Source: Botryllus schlosseri
Taxonomy: Eukaryota
NCBI GenBank assembly: GCA_051294905.1
Contig: CM119371.1
Span: forward strand, 17,796,001 to 17,860,000
DNA length: 64,000 nucleotides
Direction of reading: 5' to 3'
The translations under genes were made by a program, and so were the position numbers. The notes under the pieces are model-generated. The model saw only the letters and a list, made by a program, of their open reading frames with translations. It had not been told where the DNA came from and did not search any database. Positions 26,109 to 39,844 of the stretch are shown piece by piece (the first letter of the stretch is position 1; each line of letters begins with the position of its first letter).

Positions 26109-27290
26109 GATAATACGAGTTGTTCTGATATAATCGAAATAACTCCGTGATGACTCGCTGACTCTTACCTGTCCAAACCAAGATCTAATCCAGTGTTCCC
26201 CAACCTTTTTTCCATTCATCAACCCTTATCAAGCTTGACACATAACCCCCCCCCCCATATTTACGGATTCGAAAAAGAGGACCTATAGACGGGAAGTGCA
26301 TTTAACTAACTTTGATCGCTGGTGGGTTTACTAAAAATTGGCCATAGATTCCATAAAACCGGTTTACGGGACTATTTTTGGTTAATAAAACCGTTTTTAG
26401 TCAACTCTGGCGTCATATGCAAAATAAACCGTCTTCTCGTGGATCTTTGGCGGTGGTAAATAAATATATCTCATTGGACCTTCTAACATTTTCGCAACTT
26501 TATCGACCCATTGTTCATTAAAATCGCCCACGTTGAGAACCACTGATCGAACACGTAACCCTAACCTGAATGTATTGATGCAGATCAACATACTATCGAA
26601 TTCAACACAATTCTAGCTCATATTTATTGAAACATTTATTTTTGAATTTATGTGTACAATATCGATGCATTGCTTTCATATTAACAAATACAGGTATTGC
26701 ATTTCTAATGCCAAATTTACCAAGTGCCTAAATAATTGTAAACCAGTGAGAATTGCATTCTTAACAACACTGTCGATCGATCGTTACAGAGTCGAGGCCA
26801 ATGAACCTAGTCGGAATATTGGCGGTGCCGATTTACAAAAACAGTCAAACGTTCAAATGCCACCGAGCGAGGATGAGGAAGCCACCACGAATGAAGTGGC
26901 TGACGCAGTGTATTGCATCTCGCGTCAGACCCCCATACCGAAAAGTCAGTTATACGATGGGACATTCAATTGTCGCGACCTAATAGACGAATACCTATGC
27001 GCGATGACTAATCCAGAAATGGATACCTGGAGGTACGAGAACGTGGACTCGCAGCCCCTCTCCCTGCCCTCGAACGTCACTTTTCTTGAATGGTAGAAAC
27101 GCAGCAAAGCGGAGAGCGTGCGAGAAATCTTACAAAGCCCGAAGAACGCTTTAGATTTTTCAGCAGAGCTTGCAAATCGGGAATAAACAACGAGCTGTTG
27201 CTGGAGGATGGCACAACTGCATCGCCGTGCGATGTGTGCCAGCGCGAAAAATTCCTTTGCTCCACATCAGGGTCACCAACACGCGGCACG
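26109..27290 (+). pseudogene. Third LDLa-GPCR paralogue, N-terminal fragment only
   Basis: Reads AVYCISRQTP..DGTFNCRDLIDEYLCAMTNPEM, then a stop and frameshift, then RACKSGINNELLLEDGTTASPCDVCQREKFLCSTS, matching copy 2. The exon start cattacag|gataatacgagt matches copy 2 (17144). Interrupted by a MITE at 26191-26545. No 7TM follows. Confidence 0.8.
26191..26545. mobile_element. hAT-like MITE inside GPCR fragment 3
   Basis: CAGTGTTCCCCAACC / CGTTGAGAACCACTG termini. The TSD is degenerate (ATCTAATC / ATCGAACA). Confidence 0.55.
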
Positions 27291-28004
27291 CGACCTGATT
27301 TGAGATTTCGGAAGAATACTTATAGTAAAGCATTTTAAAATGTTGAAATTGATTTCAGTTTAAACTGTTATTGTTGTTCAAAGTAAGCTTTCACTAGTCC
27401 TCACTTGCTGATATGGCTTCGTCGATCATTCCATGGAGGAAAAATTTGTTGACATGAATGGCCATATTGCCTTGACGTGCAATGGCCCGCACCACTGCCA
27501 GGACCGAGACGCTTAGAAAACGACTTCGGGCTCGCCAAAAGACTAAGCTTTACGAAGAGATAGCTTTCCACCAAGTAGCCTACCGTGTCTACAGTTAATC
27601 CCATTATCGATTCTGTAGTTCAGGGGTGGCCAATCTGCGGCAGTAGAAGGACAATTATGCGGCTGTCGACACTTAATTCGATTAGGGTGTGTTGGCAGCC
27701 GTCAATATGCAAATTGAATTTACGAATTGACTCTCAAATTAATGAGAGGCTTGAATTATTCTTGAAATTTTCTTAGCTCTATGCGCGGTTCAATGCGAGT
27801 TGATATTCAATTTAAATATAGTAGCGTGCTTTGTAATCTGAGCCCCACAGTAGGCCTGCAGATGCGAACAACAGAGGAAAATTATGCGCCCCGTAAATAA
27901 ACAACTATTTCTAATCGTGTTCTCATCACGAAGGAAATTTGTTTCTGCTCGGCCTACGTTTGGGCGAATCCAATATTGTTCTCGAAACGCTGGTGTAACC
28001 GGTG

Positions 28005-28710
28005 CGACCAATCATTCAACGATCGTGCGTTTTACTGAGCTTCCATTGTTCTCTCACAGACAAATTGACAGCAAACGAAGTGATCGAGGCTTACAGCTTA
28101 CGTTGTCTTAAACTAGTTTAGTAAAGTAATTTAATAGCAAAATGTCTATTTATGTTCTCTGTTCTTAGCTTAACCAAACCTCTTGTTTTATTGAAATTGA
28201 ATTCGAATATACTTTATATATTCCTCAACCATTGGCACAGGCTCGAATTGTATCATATCAATTTGTAAATGTGTAATGTATTGCATATAATCAATTCGTT
28301 TCTCTTTTCTCTCTTTTGACTGGTAACTATAAACTGAGGCCATGCAATTACTTGCTTTGTTTAGCAGTTCTACGTATATGTGAGCGATACAGCGCCTTCT
28401 TGCGTGTATATTTAACTCTACATTCGTTCACCGGCTCTGAATCAATGACCACTCAATCAGTATTTCAGACAGTTAGCAAAATGCAATGACTTAATCACGC
28501 CACATACTTTTAAAAGGCAACTTGACTTGAATTGTGACTTGACTCGTGACTTGACTTGACTTGACTCGACTTGACTTGAGCCACCTCCTAATATAAAGTG
28601 ATTTGACTTAACTCGAGTGACCTTTGAAAATCGATTGACTTGACTTGACTCCAGTCAAAATGACTCGAAATGACTCGTTACTCGAAGGTAATGACTTGAT
28701 CCCAACACTG
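28005..28710. repeat. Dispersed repeat ending in a (GACTT)n array and a TIR-like GATCCCAACACTG
   Basis: Aligns with 61093-61722. Both copies end in GACTTGACTT arrays followed by TGACTTGATCCC(A/G)ACACTG. Confidence 0.7.
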
Positions 28711-30351
28711 TCAAGGATGTGTGCTACATGTTTCCAATAATGCAGTGGTTTATTATATTTTATGAGCGTACTTTTAGATCGTCCCTTCCTTGTTAAAACA
28801 CTCTCATCATGCTAGCTCATGTTATTTTTCAAAAAATGTTTCGAACTATGTATTGTATCCCGCAGCGCACAGCATGTCGAAATCGGAAAAAGGGGCACTG
28901 TACCACTTTTGAGGCAGTTAAGATGCTTTGAATCTTTTGTCCAAAATCATGAACTAAATATACTTCTATTTGCGAGCTACAAAATTAAATAATCAGAAGT
29001 TTTCTTCATCGTATCATCAAGCATGATACTGTTTAATGTTGTGACCCACAACCATCACGAACGGTGTATAATGTGGGTCGCTTTGTTCGGAAGAGGCTAC
29101 ACTCATGCTAAGTTTAATAACTGGCTACAATACCACGTTCACTGTGAGCAAAGATATCTACCACATTCTCAGTTGATTTACCAGTCACACAAAGCAATGA
29201 GACAGAACCCAATACAATTTATTCCTCGTATTGCCAATCGCAAAGATGAATTGGAGATGTTTACATCGGGCTGGCAGATGCTATGAGCCCATTATCGATG
29301 GTCGTTATAACAACCTTGATTTTATCCCGAATTTAGCACACACAGATATTATATCGGTAACTAGTCGAGTGGTCGATGGGATCGATGCGATGCAAGCACG
29401 AAATATTTCCAATACTATAGCCCAACCCGAAAAAACCGACCGGACTTTGACCTTTTACCCATTAGGAGGCGCCTGATCTAAGCAATTTTGAATAGGGGAC
29501 GCTGGAGGGAAAAGGTTACCAACCACTGTTCTAGTCAAATACCTTTATTTATCAATCAGTTTAAAATATTGTTAATGAACGAATATATATGGGATCAATT
29601 CTCCAATAGTAAAACTTCACGTTGGAATTATATTTTTAGCAAATGGAAATATGTACGTATAGGAATCGTAATAATCTCTATATATTCAGCCAGTATGTCA
29701 AATTGGTCGTAAGATTTTGACTATAACTTTTTTTCGTTTAATGCGACTTGTAGAGTTAGTGTTGAGGCCAATTTAGCTGGAATAGGGTATTACGAATTTT
29801 GTAAGAAGTTTCGCGAATATCTCAAATGACGCCCACATATTCTGTGCCGTTTGAAAATTACTATTTCTTCGCGGCACGCGAAATTATCTGGATGCGACTG
29901 TAGACGCAGAAACCTGCTTAATGTCGAGGTTCAGGTGACACCGGTGTTAATCAAACACGGTGTTTTGATCCAAGTGATTGAATATAAGCAGAAATGGAAA
30001 CGGAATATTGTAAGGTCTAGTCCCTGGGTTGCCAACCTTTTTGGCTAAAAGGCCACATGCGATTGGCGAAGGAGTACGCGGGCCACTGGCCGCGCCGAGC
30101 GCAAAATATTGTACAGTTTATAAATGAACTAGGTCAATAATATTAATACTTGAGTATAATGCGGGCCTACGGTATACCGCCAGCTCGGCTCAGTTTGCAA
30201 GGACAAGAGTATTCGACATCTGGACATATCGATATCTGAGGTTACCGCTAATTTGCGATAATCATTTTGTGCCTGCGTTTCATCGTCGACGATCGTTCTC
30301 CGAGCGAAAACGCGAAAATACTTTCTCTCGTAATTGCAGATATAGCTAGAC

Positions 30352-32850
30352 CAGTGGTTCTCAACCTTTTTCACCTCGCGGACCGGTAGAATTTCAAAAA
30401 ATATTCGGCGGACCGGTGGACTTTCAAAAATGGAAATCAACTCAAAGCGTGCCTCATGTAACTTTTTTTTATGTAAGTATATGGTGCTAGAGCAGGGACG
30501 GGCAGCATACGGACCGCGAAGTGTTTTTGTCCGGCCCACTGACAGTTTCCCGTCTTAGTTCATAATGTGGCCCGCCGGCCGGTGTCCGGCCTATACCGAG
30601 AAAGCCATTACCGAGAATGGATACCACCCAGAATGGACATTACCGAGAATGCCATGTAGGAAATGCTGGCATGTTATGCATATATATACAGGTCGTGTAT
30701 TTGTGCATGACGGCGTAAGTTGAATTCCTGGCATTGGCCGTTCTCGGCAATGTCCGTTCTCGGTAATGGTTTTCTCGGTGTTGGTATGGAACCGTAAATG
30801 TCGCACGCTGTGCACACACGCATATAATACCACACAGTCACTAAAATTTGACGTAGTAAACAAGTAGTGGGGTATCTCAGCAGACTAGGGCCGCGGGGGT
30901 TCTGTACCAATACCGAGAAAGCCATTACAGAGAATGGACATTACCGAGAATGCGGGCGAGAGTTGAGCTTACGCGTAAGTTCGTAGAGGCGAGAAGAAGT
31001 TGCATTGTATCGGCATGTACGATGTACGCAACCCTAATGAATTGATATCTTGGTAAATTCGGGGTACGGGCTTATCCAACGCCTTGAAATCTTAATTGAG
31101 GATTGCACCATGTGTTTATTGATCAGAGAGAAGCATACATGGCGGCGCATGTCTGACAACGGTGTTCTCAAATCCACATTGTCTTCGTCATTATCGGCGA
31201 GAAATGGCTTTGAAAGGGCATTGCTGTCGTTACAATACATTCATTACATGCGATTTATTCCTTGAATATGTGGATAAATGGGCGAATAATGTATTGATTT
31301 AGCTATCCAGCACGCGAAGTACCTATAATCTTCCTATATCCTGCCCGCCGACTGGAGAAGTTGCCCGCCCCTGTGCTAGGGAGTGACATTTTGAGGGTTT
31401 TGATCGTAATTAATGATGCTCATGATGGCATCCATCAGATTTTACCGTGGTAAGTTCGTTAAGTCGAGGTAAAATTGCCTTGCCAAGATAAACGTGCCGT
31501 GAGTCGCTTACAGTCTTTCGCACCGAGGGGCATGAATTTAACCGACCACGCTAACTCGAATATTAATATTCTCTTCGACAATATCGAGATAACAAGCGTT
31601 TCGGAGTCAACCCAAGCACCTTGTGCTACCTTGCTCATTGCCCACTACCATCAGTCGTAGGCTACTTTGGATAATATGAATTAGGGATGGTGTTAACGTA
31701 AGATTAACGTCCGCGCTCTGTGTGTCCACCTTAAAAATTTAGAGGTTCACGTTCACGAACGAACCTTCGTAGGTTCTGCACTGTGAACCTTTTTCATTAC
31801 ATTACAATTTTTCACATCTTTAACGTCATTGGTTGAAATTCTTTGCTTTTAAACTCAGGGCCACTATGCATGACGCTGGTAATATAAAAAAAACACTAAC
31901 CGAGCATGCACCTTGCCAATTTATAAAATTTTACTTGCTTTGTTACAATAATTTGCTCGAAATATCCAGCATTCCGTTTGTGGATATAATTGACTCTCTA
32001 CTTTGAGCTTGACCCGCAATTGCACAACATCAAGAGCGAAATACGCTATAGGTGGATAGCGAATCATGCTTCATTCCACTAATCAATAAAATTGATATAA
32101 AGAATACATCGCTGTCTGCTGTAAAAAATCCAACAAGCGTTTGGGATCCATCTTGATTTTATATGTTTATTGTATCGTAAAAACCAAATCCGTGCAATTG
32201 GGGTGCCGGCCACTGCATAACGTGTTGATGGGGTAATATCGGAAGCAAGTATACAAACCCGTTTTACACTCAGCTCAATATCAATATATCAATAGTCAGA
32301 CGCCGACTACGATGTCCAGTCTGGCACGTACCGTTAATGCGTATGCTTGTATTCCCTTGCAAGACCTCGTCTAAGTTGTTGGCAAAGTGATTGAAGATTG
32401 ATTTTATTGGAATATTATATCATTTGATTGCTCTAGTTGATACATTTGGTGACTAAAAAGTCAGCATGTACTTCAGCATTGTGGCATAATGAGGCCTCAG
32501 TTGTCGCTGTACATTGAAATATGTAAGGCTGGAATTTGCAATATGAGGTCACGTAACGTCACAGGTTCACGTTCGCGTTCACACAGAATCTTACCAGATT
32601 TCTATGTTAGCCGAAACTTCATAATGTGATGGCGCGTCGTGATGGGGTATGGCCGGACGCCGAAGTGCCTATTTCAATAATTCGTGAGTATTTCTTGGGT
32701 GGAAGGACGCCTAATAATCAAGACTTTCAAGACATTTAGTGGCGCTAAACCTTGCAAAATTAGTTATAAAATTGCAAAATACCTCGCGGACCGGCTGGAA
32801 AGTCGTCGCGGACCGGCACCGGTCCGCGGACCGGCGGTTGAGAACCACTG
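30352..32850. mobile_element. Non-autonomous hAT element carrying nested insertions
   Basis: TIR CAGTGGTTCTCAACC / GGTTGAGAACCACTG with GCGGACCGG subterminal motifs. Perfect TSD AGCTAGAC (30344-30351, 32851-32858). Confidence 0.88.
30493..31373. mobile_element. hAT MITE nested in 30352-32850
   Basis: TIR CAGGGACGGGCAGC / GTTGCCCGCCCCTG. TSD TGCTAGAG / TGCTAGGG. Contains a further TACCGAGAA-motif repeat at ~30590-30950. Confidence 0.78.
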
Positions 32851-33027
32851 AGCTAGACCATAGTTTCCTATATGGTGTCAATACAAGCAAATCTCACGGA
32901 TCGGTGAAATTGGACGACGACGCATTTCCCATTTGGTCAAGGGCAAATAGACAAATGTACAAAAATATTATTTATCCTGCGTAATTATTCAAAACAGTGA
33001 CAAACAAGAAACGTGGTTAACTCTTTT

Positions 33028-33306
33028 TTGCAGCAAACAATACGCTCATATTGTTCAATTTATTCCACTGGAAGATTTTCGACAGCTAATTTTTACAGCT
33101 GATTTTGTGTGTGCTGTACCGTAACCGTGCGCTGTTTACTGCCGTTCGCGACTTGTGTACTTGTCATTATTACGTCACAACGACAAAATTCTTTCTATAT
33201 TTCGAACTTGGTTAACCCCATTTACTGGCGTTCACAGCTGAAGAGAGCCAGTCGAAAAGCTTCCAGTGGAATAAATTTAACAATATGAACGTATTGTTTG
33301 CTGCAA
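33028..33306. repeat. Short foldback/MITE with ~55-bp inverted arms
   Basis: 33028-33083 (TTGCAGCAAACAATACG..GGAAGATTTTCGAC) is the reverse complement of 33251-33306 with a few mismatches. Confidence 0.7.
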
Positions 33307-33899
33307 TATTGAAGTTCTGTACTTCGAAAAGCCTATTAACTCTTTTTAATCACACCAACCTTAAAACACGTCCCTCTATTAGGACGTCAAAATGTATGAT
33401 ATTACAGCTTGTTCACTACATCCTGAGCGGTGTGTAGCTTGGTGGAATGACAACATCGTGTTATTAGTTTCGCTGACAGGTTTTCCGAAATTCGCCTTCT
33501 CGTGGCCTCAGCCGAGTGATTGCGTGTTTTGTCATAATTACAACTTAAATTAACATGTTATATCACTGTTATTTTGAATCTAGATTACACTTACGACGAA
33601 CGTAGGCTACGTAACCACGGTGCATGAATAAACACTAAACAGTCTTCGAAATAAACGGTTCAATTTATACAGTCCATGGTTCTAGTACCCATTCAAATGT
33701 CCAGTTGAAGATTCCAGGCCACCTTTAGTGTCCGGCTTTGGCCCGTGGGTGGTGTGCCCTATACGCTAATCTGCGAGCCTTCGGGGAACCACTAACTTTC
33801 AGTGAGTCATAAAAAAAATCTCCCACAATAAACTTCAACTACGCATTTATTACATTACTTACATTGTGCGTCCGGAAACACCGGTCAAGAACCACTGAT

Positions 33900-34090
33900 C
33901 TAGTGAGTTGTGTTTTAGTTAGTTGCGGATTTTTGAAGGTCTTTAGTTCTAGTTCTAGTTCTAGTTGCGGGTTTTGAAAATTGAGTAGTTCCAGTTCTAA
34001 ATGCAAGTAGTTGTATTTTTATTTTTAGTTGCTAGTTTTAAAAATTGAGTAGTTCTAGTTTTTGTTCTAGTTCTAGTTCTAGTTCTAGAA
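33900..34090. repeat. (TTCTAG)n / TAGTT low-complexity array
   Basis: Repeated TAGTTC units are directly visible. Confidence 0.7.
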
Positions 34091-34689
34091 AATCAATTTA
34101 ATACTTGCACATTTCAACTTATCAGAAGCAAAACTATCTGTGATGCATTTTTCAATCATTTCCAGTTCAGAGGACTTTCTTCACGGTTCGATCGTGTTTA
34201 TTGAACCTTATTGTTGTCAGAACTACATTCATTGCAGAAGAATGCCACAACTGGAAGACTTTTGTGTGTCCCTGAACTAGCATGACGTAAACCGAGTTAT
34301 CTAAAACATAACCGATCAAGTATGACAACACAACGGTGCACTGTTGTACAGTGCGACACGAGATTATACTTCATTTATGATATTCTAAAAGTCTTGGCTC
34401 AAAAGCATAATAATCACGGTGTCATTGGCTAAAATATAGATTCGTCAAAATCAGGACACATCTGAGATGTCAGAGCAATCTAGTTTTATCAGACATCGCC
34501 CTTCAAAATAAGAAACAAATCTAATAGCCCTGGCTATATAATATAATCATTGGTTTCAAGTAAACTAAATGGTATCGTTACCAGTGCAAAATGTTAAACA
34601 AATTCAGCGAGATCAACCGAAATTTAAAAACAACTTAGTCTAGTAGCCTACGTCGTCATGTGAGCGTATGGGGCCTGGCTGCCCATCCA

Positions 34690-34931
34690 ATAAGTCGCTG
34701 CTGAAGAGATTCGGCGTCCTAAACATATAAGATATGCGGAAACTAGAAATCGCCAAGTTTATGTATCAGTTTCACTGCGGTCGTTGCCCCGAATATTTCA
34801 ATGACTTCTTTACCTCTGAATCAAAAGCGCACAAGTACAACACACGCGCGTCCACGTCGTCCAAATATCATATGATCGACCGAAAAGATCATCGCTCCAT
34901 CAAATATGCCGGACCTGATGTGTGGAACAGT
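34690..34931 (+). mobile_element. CR1/L2-type LINE 3' fragment, left part (split by the Polinton-like insertion)
   Basis: Encodes KLEIAKFMYQFHCG..RSIKYAGPDVWNS. It resumes at 48022 (NSIPPAIRQSTSMSTFKSKYKQ), colinear with the copy at 10215-10805. Confidence 0.85.
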
Positions 34932-34984
34932 AGTAGTATATATGATCGGTCGCGAACTAACGTTTTTTTGCATGGGGTAGTATA

Positions 34985-35753
34985 GGCGGGGTGGTGAGCG
35001 GCTGGGAAAGCGGGGGTGGTGAGCGGCTCTTATTTCTTATGGCGGGGGCGGTGAGCGGCTATTGCGTCTTATGGCGGGGGTGGTGAGCGGCTCTTATTTC
35101 TTATGGCGGGGTCGTGAGCGGCTGGAAAACCAGGGGTGGTGAGCGGCTTTTATGTCTTATGGCGGGGGTCGTGAGCGGCTATTACGTCTTATGGGCGGGG
35201 TGGCGATTCGCCTTTTTTGCTATAGGCCGCGGTCGTGATTCGCCGTGAAAACCCGGGGTGGTGACTCGCCTTTTTTCTATAGGCGGCGGCGGCGATTCAC
35301 CTATCGTGTATTCTTACGGGTTCTGTGGTGATTCGCCATGTGTTCTTATGGGCGCGGTCGTGATTCGCACTTTCAGACATCTCTCGCGTGGTGTTGAATA
35401 GTCACCAACAATAACCGCACAAACGGAAACGTGGTTTGTTGTGAGGATTAAGCAGTGCGACCTATATTTCGAATGACCTGCGCGCTGAATTGTTTCACAG
35501 CCAACCGCGGTGGTCGTGACTCGCCTTTTTTACTATAGGTGGTGACGGTGATTCGCCTGTCGTGTATTCTTACGGGATCTGTGGTGACTCGCCATGTGTT
35601 CTTATGGACGCGGTCGCATGCGGCTATTGCGTCTTATGGCGGGGGTGGTGAGCGGCTATTGATGCTAACACGAAACCCGGGGTGGCGAGCGGCACTTATT
35701 TCTTATGGCGGCGGGTCTTATTTCTTATGGGTGCGGTCGTGATTCGTACTTTC
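34985..35753. repeat. GC-rich subterminal tandem repeats (left end)
   Basis: Degenerate ~25-31-bp units built on GGCGGGGTGGTGAGCGGCT / GTGATTCGCC / TCTTATGG. Mirrored at 47585-48005. Confidence 0.85.
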
Positions 35754-36843
35754 GGTATAGACTGCGGGCGGCATGTCGTACTTTCAGCAAAAAAGGTGTG
35801 AAATAGTTTGCCAAGTCTAGGAATCACTTCCAAGGTAATATTTTGGTATTTAGTTTACCGCAGAGCCGGCGTAGACGGCGATTCGAATATCAACAATAAC
35901 AACGCTCACGAATTAACACTTCAAATAGCTGTGAAATAGTTTGCAAAACCCCGCGATCGCTGACAAGATAATGTCTCGGTCATAACCATCTTTCACGACT
36001 TGGTGTCATAACCATACCGATCGCTCACGCGGTGAAATTTTAGTAATCAGTTTGTCACAGAACTTGATATCGCTGGTAAGATTTAACAAGTAACGAATAA
36101 CAGACCGCGGTAACTTGAATAGCGACAAATTGTCACTTATTTCCGCTCCAACCCTAATCCTTTGTGAAGTGAACGCTTATTCAAAAGGGTGTGATATAAT
36201 TTTAAAATCCAACGACCACTCACCGGATAATACTTCAGACATGGCAATTCCCTCATACCCGCCCACAAGGTAATATTTCGGTAATTAGTTTGTCACAGAA
36301 CCGTCGCAGGTGGTGATTGGAAAACCGACAATTTGTCACGCGCCCGCGATCGCTATATGTTTCACGCCTCCAGAATAGTGTCTGACTTTAGTTGCGTGAT
36401 AAGATCCATGAAAATATTCAATCAATGTGTTAGTTTATCAACTTGAAATGAAACTCACTACACAAATCAAGTCGATTCGTATCTGAATGTTTTAAATCGG
36501 TACAACTCTAATCCTTTGACAAATCCCTTAACGCGTTTTTGTTGAATCGAACGTAACCCGAATATTACTGACGCCGACTTTCAGCCGCATCGAATTATTC
36601 GCACATTCCGCGCCACTGTTTTCACACTTATAGAATCGTTACCAACTATAACTCTACAAGAATCAAGAATCACAAGTGTGTGCATTACACAGTTATTGTC
36701 TTTATTAACTTGACATCAAACACTTAACAAAAACACGCAACTACTCATTTGGCAACTCTAGCATTACCAAAAAATTCCAGTATTGTTGATTGAAAATCCT
36801 TGAGTCATTATTATCAAAAATGTTATAGTACCGCATCGGGATC

Positions 36844-36960
36844 CATTCGCGGGATGTACTAAAGGTAAATCCAAATAATCCACATTCGCGGGATGTACTA
36901 AAGGTAAATCCAAATAATCCACATTCGCGGGATGTACTAAAGGTAAATCCAAATAATCCA
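36844..36960. repeat. 3 x 39-bp perfect tandem repeat
   Basis: Unit CATTCGCGGGATGTACTAAAGGTAAATCCAAATAATCCA; mirrored at 46378-46494. Confidence 0.92.
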
Positions 36961-39844
36961 GAATGAAATATTTGGACTTTGACATAGTGTGAATTGAAAT
37001 AGGATTGACAAACACGACTACCAACTTTGATCCAGCCACATTTCAAGATCATACTTTGAAACAAGTAATGTAACATTACAACTCTATTCCCGATCCCGCT
37101 TTCCATTTGTCAAAGAGATATTTTAACATCTTACCATACTCAGAAGAATTATTCACGACATTAACAATTGTTAAAAATCTAGTTTTCACTTACTTGATTA
37201 TATCACTGCAACTCATAAATTTGAATTAATTCATCCTGGTTGTATTCGTATGCTCGGTCTTTTTTATTCAATTGTAAAGGTTGTTACTATTCTGAAGACA
37301 AAGTATTTACTAATCGGTGCATATACGATTTGACTTGGACATATTATATTTTGAGTATACGAGATTTGAATGTCTGAACAATAACTGAGAAATAATTTAT
37401 CACAATTATATCCGTAATATTACAGCGTAAAAGATATTGGAATGTCAGCAACTCTGTAAGGTCATAGTTACTACCACTAATTTACCCGACCAACTCGTCA
37501 TGATCATTCCTGAAATCAACACAAACGTGACCACTGACTTGAGTTAACCACAAAACAGCATCAAGTTTTAAATCCACTTGTAGCTTACGACTTATTTGAA
37601 TGCGGGTTATGTTTTGTTGTAATTGAGTGTACGGAAATAGTATTACGTCTCGACATATCACCATGTCGGAATTTGTGACAGAGAATTGAAACATATGCAC
37701 TTTACAGAGTGTGAAAATATCACTTTGAGTATCGAGTACCGTTCGAAGCTAGCGATCAATTCTTAATCATTTCAGTAACTCCCCATTGTGTGTGCTAAAT
37801 GAAAAATATCGCGAGGTTATACACTCTAAGACTTTGATCATTACAAAAGTAAATTGTGATATGTTTGTTAGATGCATCCAATTCAACTAGAAGTGTCTAG
37901 TGCCCAACACTCGTAATATCAAAAAAGTACTTGCTACACTGTTATTTGCTACGTGTTATGCATTGTTGTTCATTTGTAGTATTGAATGAAATTGTTCTTG
38001 AACCCTCAAATAATAATTCCCGACATGAAACCAAGCCACTGAAAGTCGTTACCATCACGAAGATACAATGTGTACGATGTTTGTCAAATGTGTCCTACCT
38101 GGCCAACAGAAAACAATTTTCACTAGCTTGGTAATGAAACCGAAGTCTCCATTCGATATATTATTTGCGTCAAATACTTTACAACGAACACATTTGCGTG
38201 GTTGAGCTTTACATCATCAGACTGTCATCTGTACATCAAGAATACACCCGACTTGTAACTGGATCGTTTACCTAACCGAGTTGTATGCACAGTTTGATAT
38301 TTTTGTCATTTAGTGATTGCTGAACATACCACTTCGAAATACTGCGTTGATCTTAATTTCCATCATCGTGATAAGTGAAGTACATTTGTTTTGAATTTAT
38401 AACAATAGGCTTTTCTACGACATGATAAATTATTGACAAGTTCTGCTTAGAAGATTGGTTGCATATCACGAAAAATAATATACCACACATATTATTACTG
38501 TTACTCCATTCATCGGTATTTTTTCCGTTGTCGATTTTCAAACGAGTAAAATTTATTACTTGAGTTGCTCTGCTTAATGTAAATGTAAACTCACCCGTCT
38601 TTCAACAACAAACAATGTTAAAAAAGTATGCAATCAAACACAACAAGTTTTACGATACTAATTATTATCCCACATAACCCATTTCTTACCGAAGACATAT
38701 GAAATATATTCATGTTACACGAAAATATTCGCTCATGCTACAAACCTGTACAATGATTGGTGGTGCTTTCAAACTGTTTCGATACCTCAAAAACTTTATT
38801 GTCTGAACGGTTGTTCATGTATCGTAATAATCAAGTAGTTCAACATAAAACTAGTATTAACAGAAACACCAGAGTTGTTTACACAAAAGTTTGTGTGTGT
38901 ACAGTATACGAATACCATTTGTAAATCCAGCACAATTGTGGTATCCATACGAGTTTAGTTAACGCAATTTACGACACCGAGGTCGCGTCATCTTTCGTAA
39001 GACAACAAACCAAGGCTCCAGGATATGTCCATGTCATAGCAATAAATCAGCTACTCCAACAACAGAGTGCATATGTTTCTAGTTACGGCGCTTACATCTT
39101 ACACACAAATCAATCTACTTTGCTAACGAAAAGTGGTGAGTCATCATATGGTTGTCCTCACAACTAAAACATACTATCATACAAAATGGTCGTTATAGTT
39201 TGCACACCAACGGTACATCGTACAAGTAACAAGTCTCGAGAATACAGTTATTCAAAAAACGTGAAAGTATTTCTACACCAAGTCGTTATGTTGACGAAAG
39301 CGTATATTGTAATATCATGATCGATTTGCATTCGTTGGTCACAAACTGTCACTACTCTAAATAATTCTTTTTCACTCAAACACAAACGCATACTTGTCAC
39401 CATTCGTTTTCATCAAGCACGAGTTCAAGAAACTTACTTACTACGATATGAATTTTTATTTTTATGTTGTGTAAATAGGTAATAATTAATTCAAGTAACA
39501 CTATATCAACATCATCGAGTTGTGCTAATAGATTTACATGTGATCTTGTGGTTTTCGTCGGGACATACAGCACGAACTAACTGTAGACTCCTCTCTGTTG
39601 TACAGCTACTCGGTAATCGAAATGCATTAACATGTAAACAACGATCTTGTTTCGTCACACCAAAAATATGTTCACTGTCGCGATACTCCGCACAAGACGT
39701 GCATAGCCTTTTCACACTCGTAATAGTATACCAACGTCAAGCGATAACGTTTAACAACACCGACGACACTAAACCCACGACGTTTACCTATGTCAAATTA
39801 CCACTTTCACTTGTCAGTCCATCGTTTACCTGACTAAACATATT

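Noticed and set aside
34985..35753. Telomeric or rDNA-type GC repeats
   Set aside because: Not a telomere motif and no rRNA similarity recognised. They are confined to the two ends of a TSD-flanked element.
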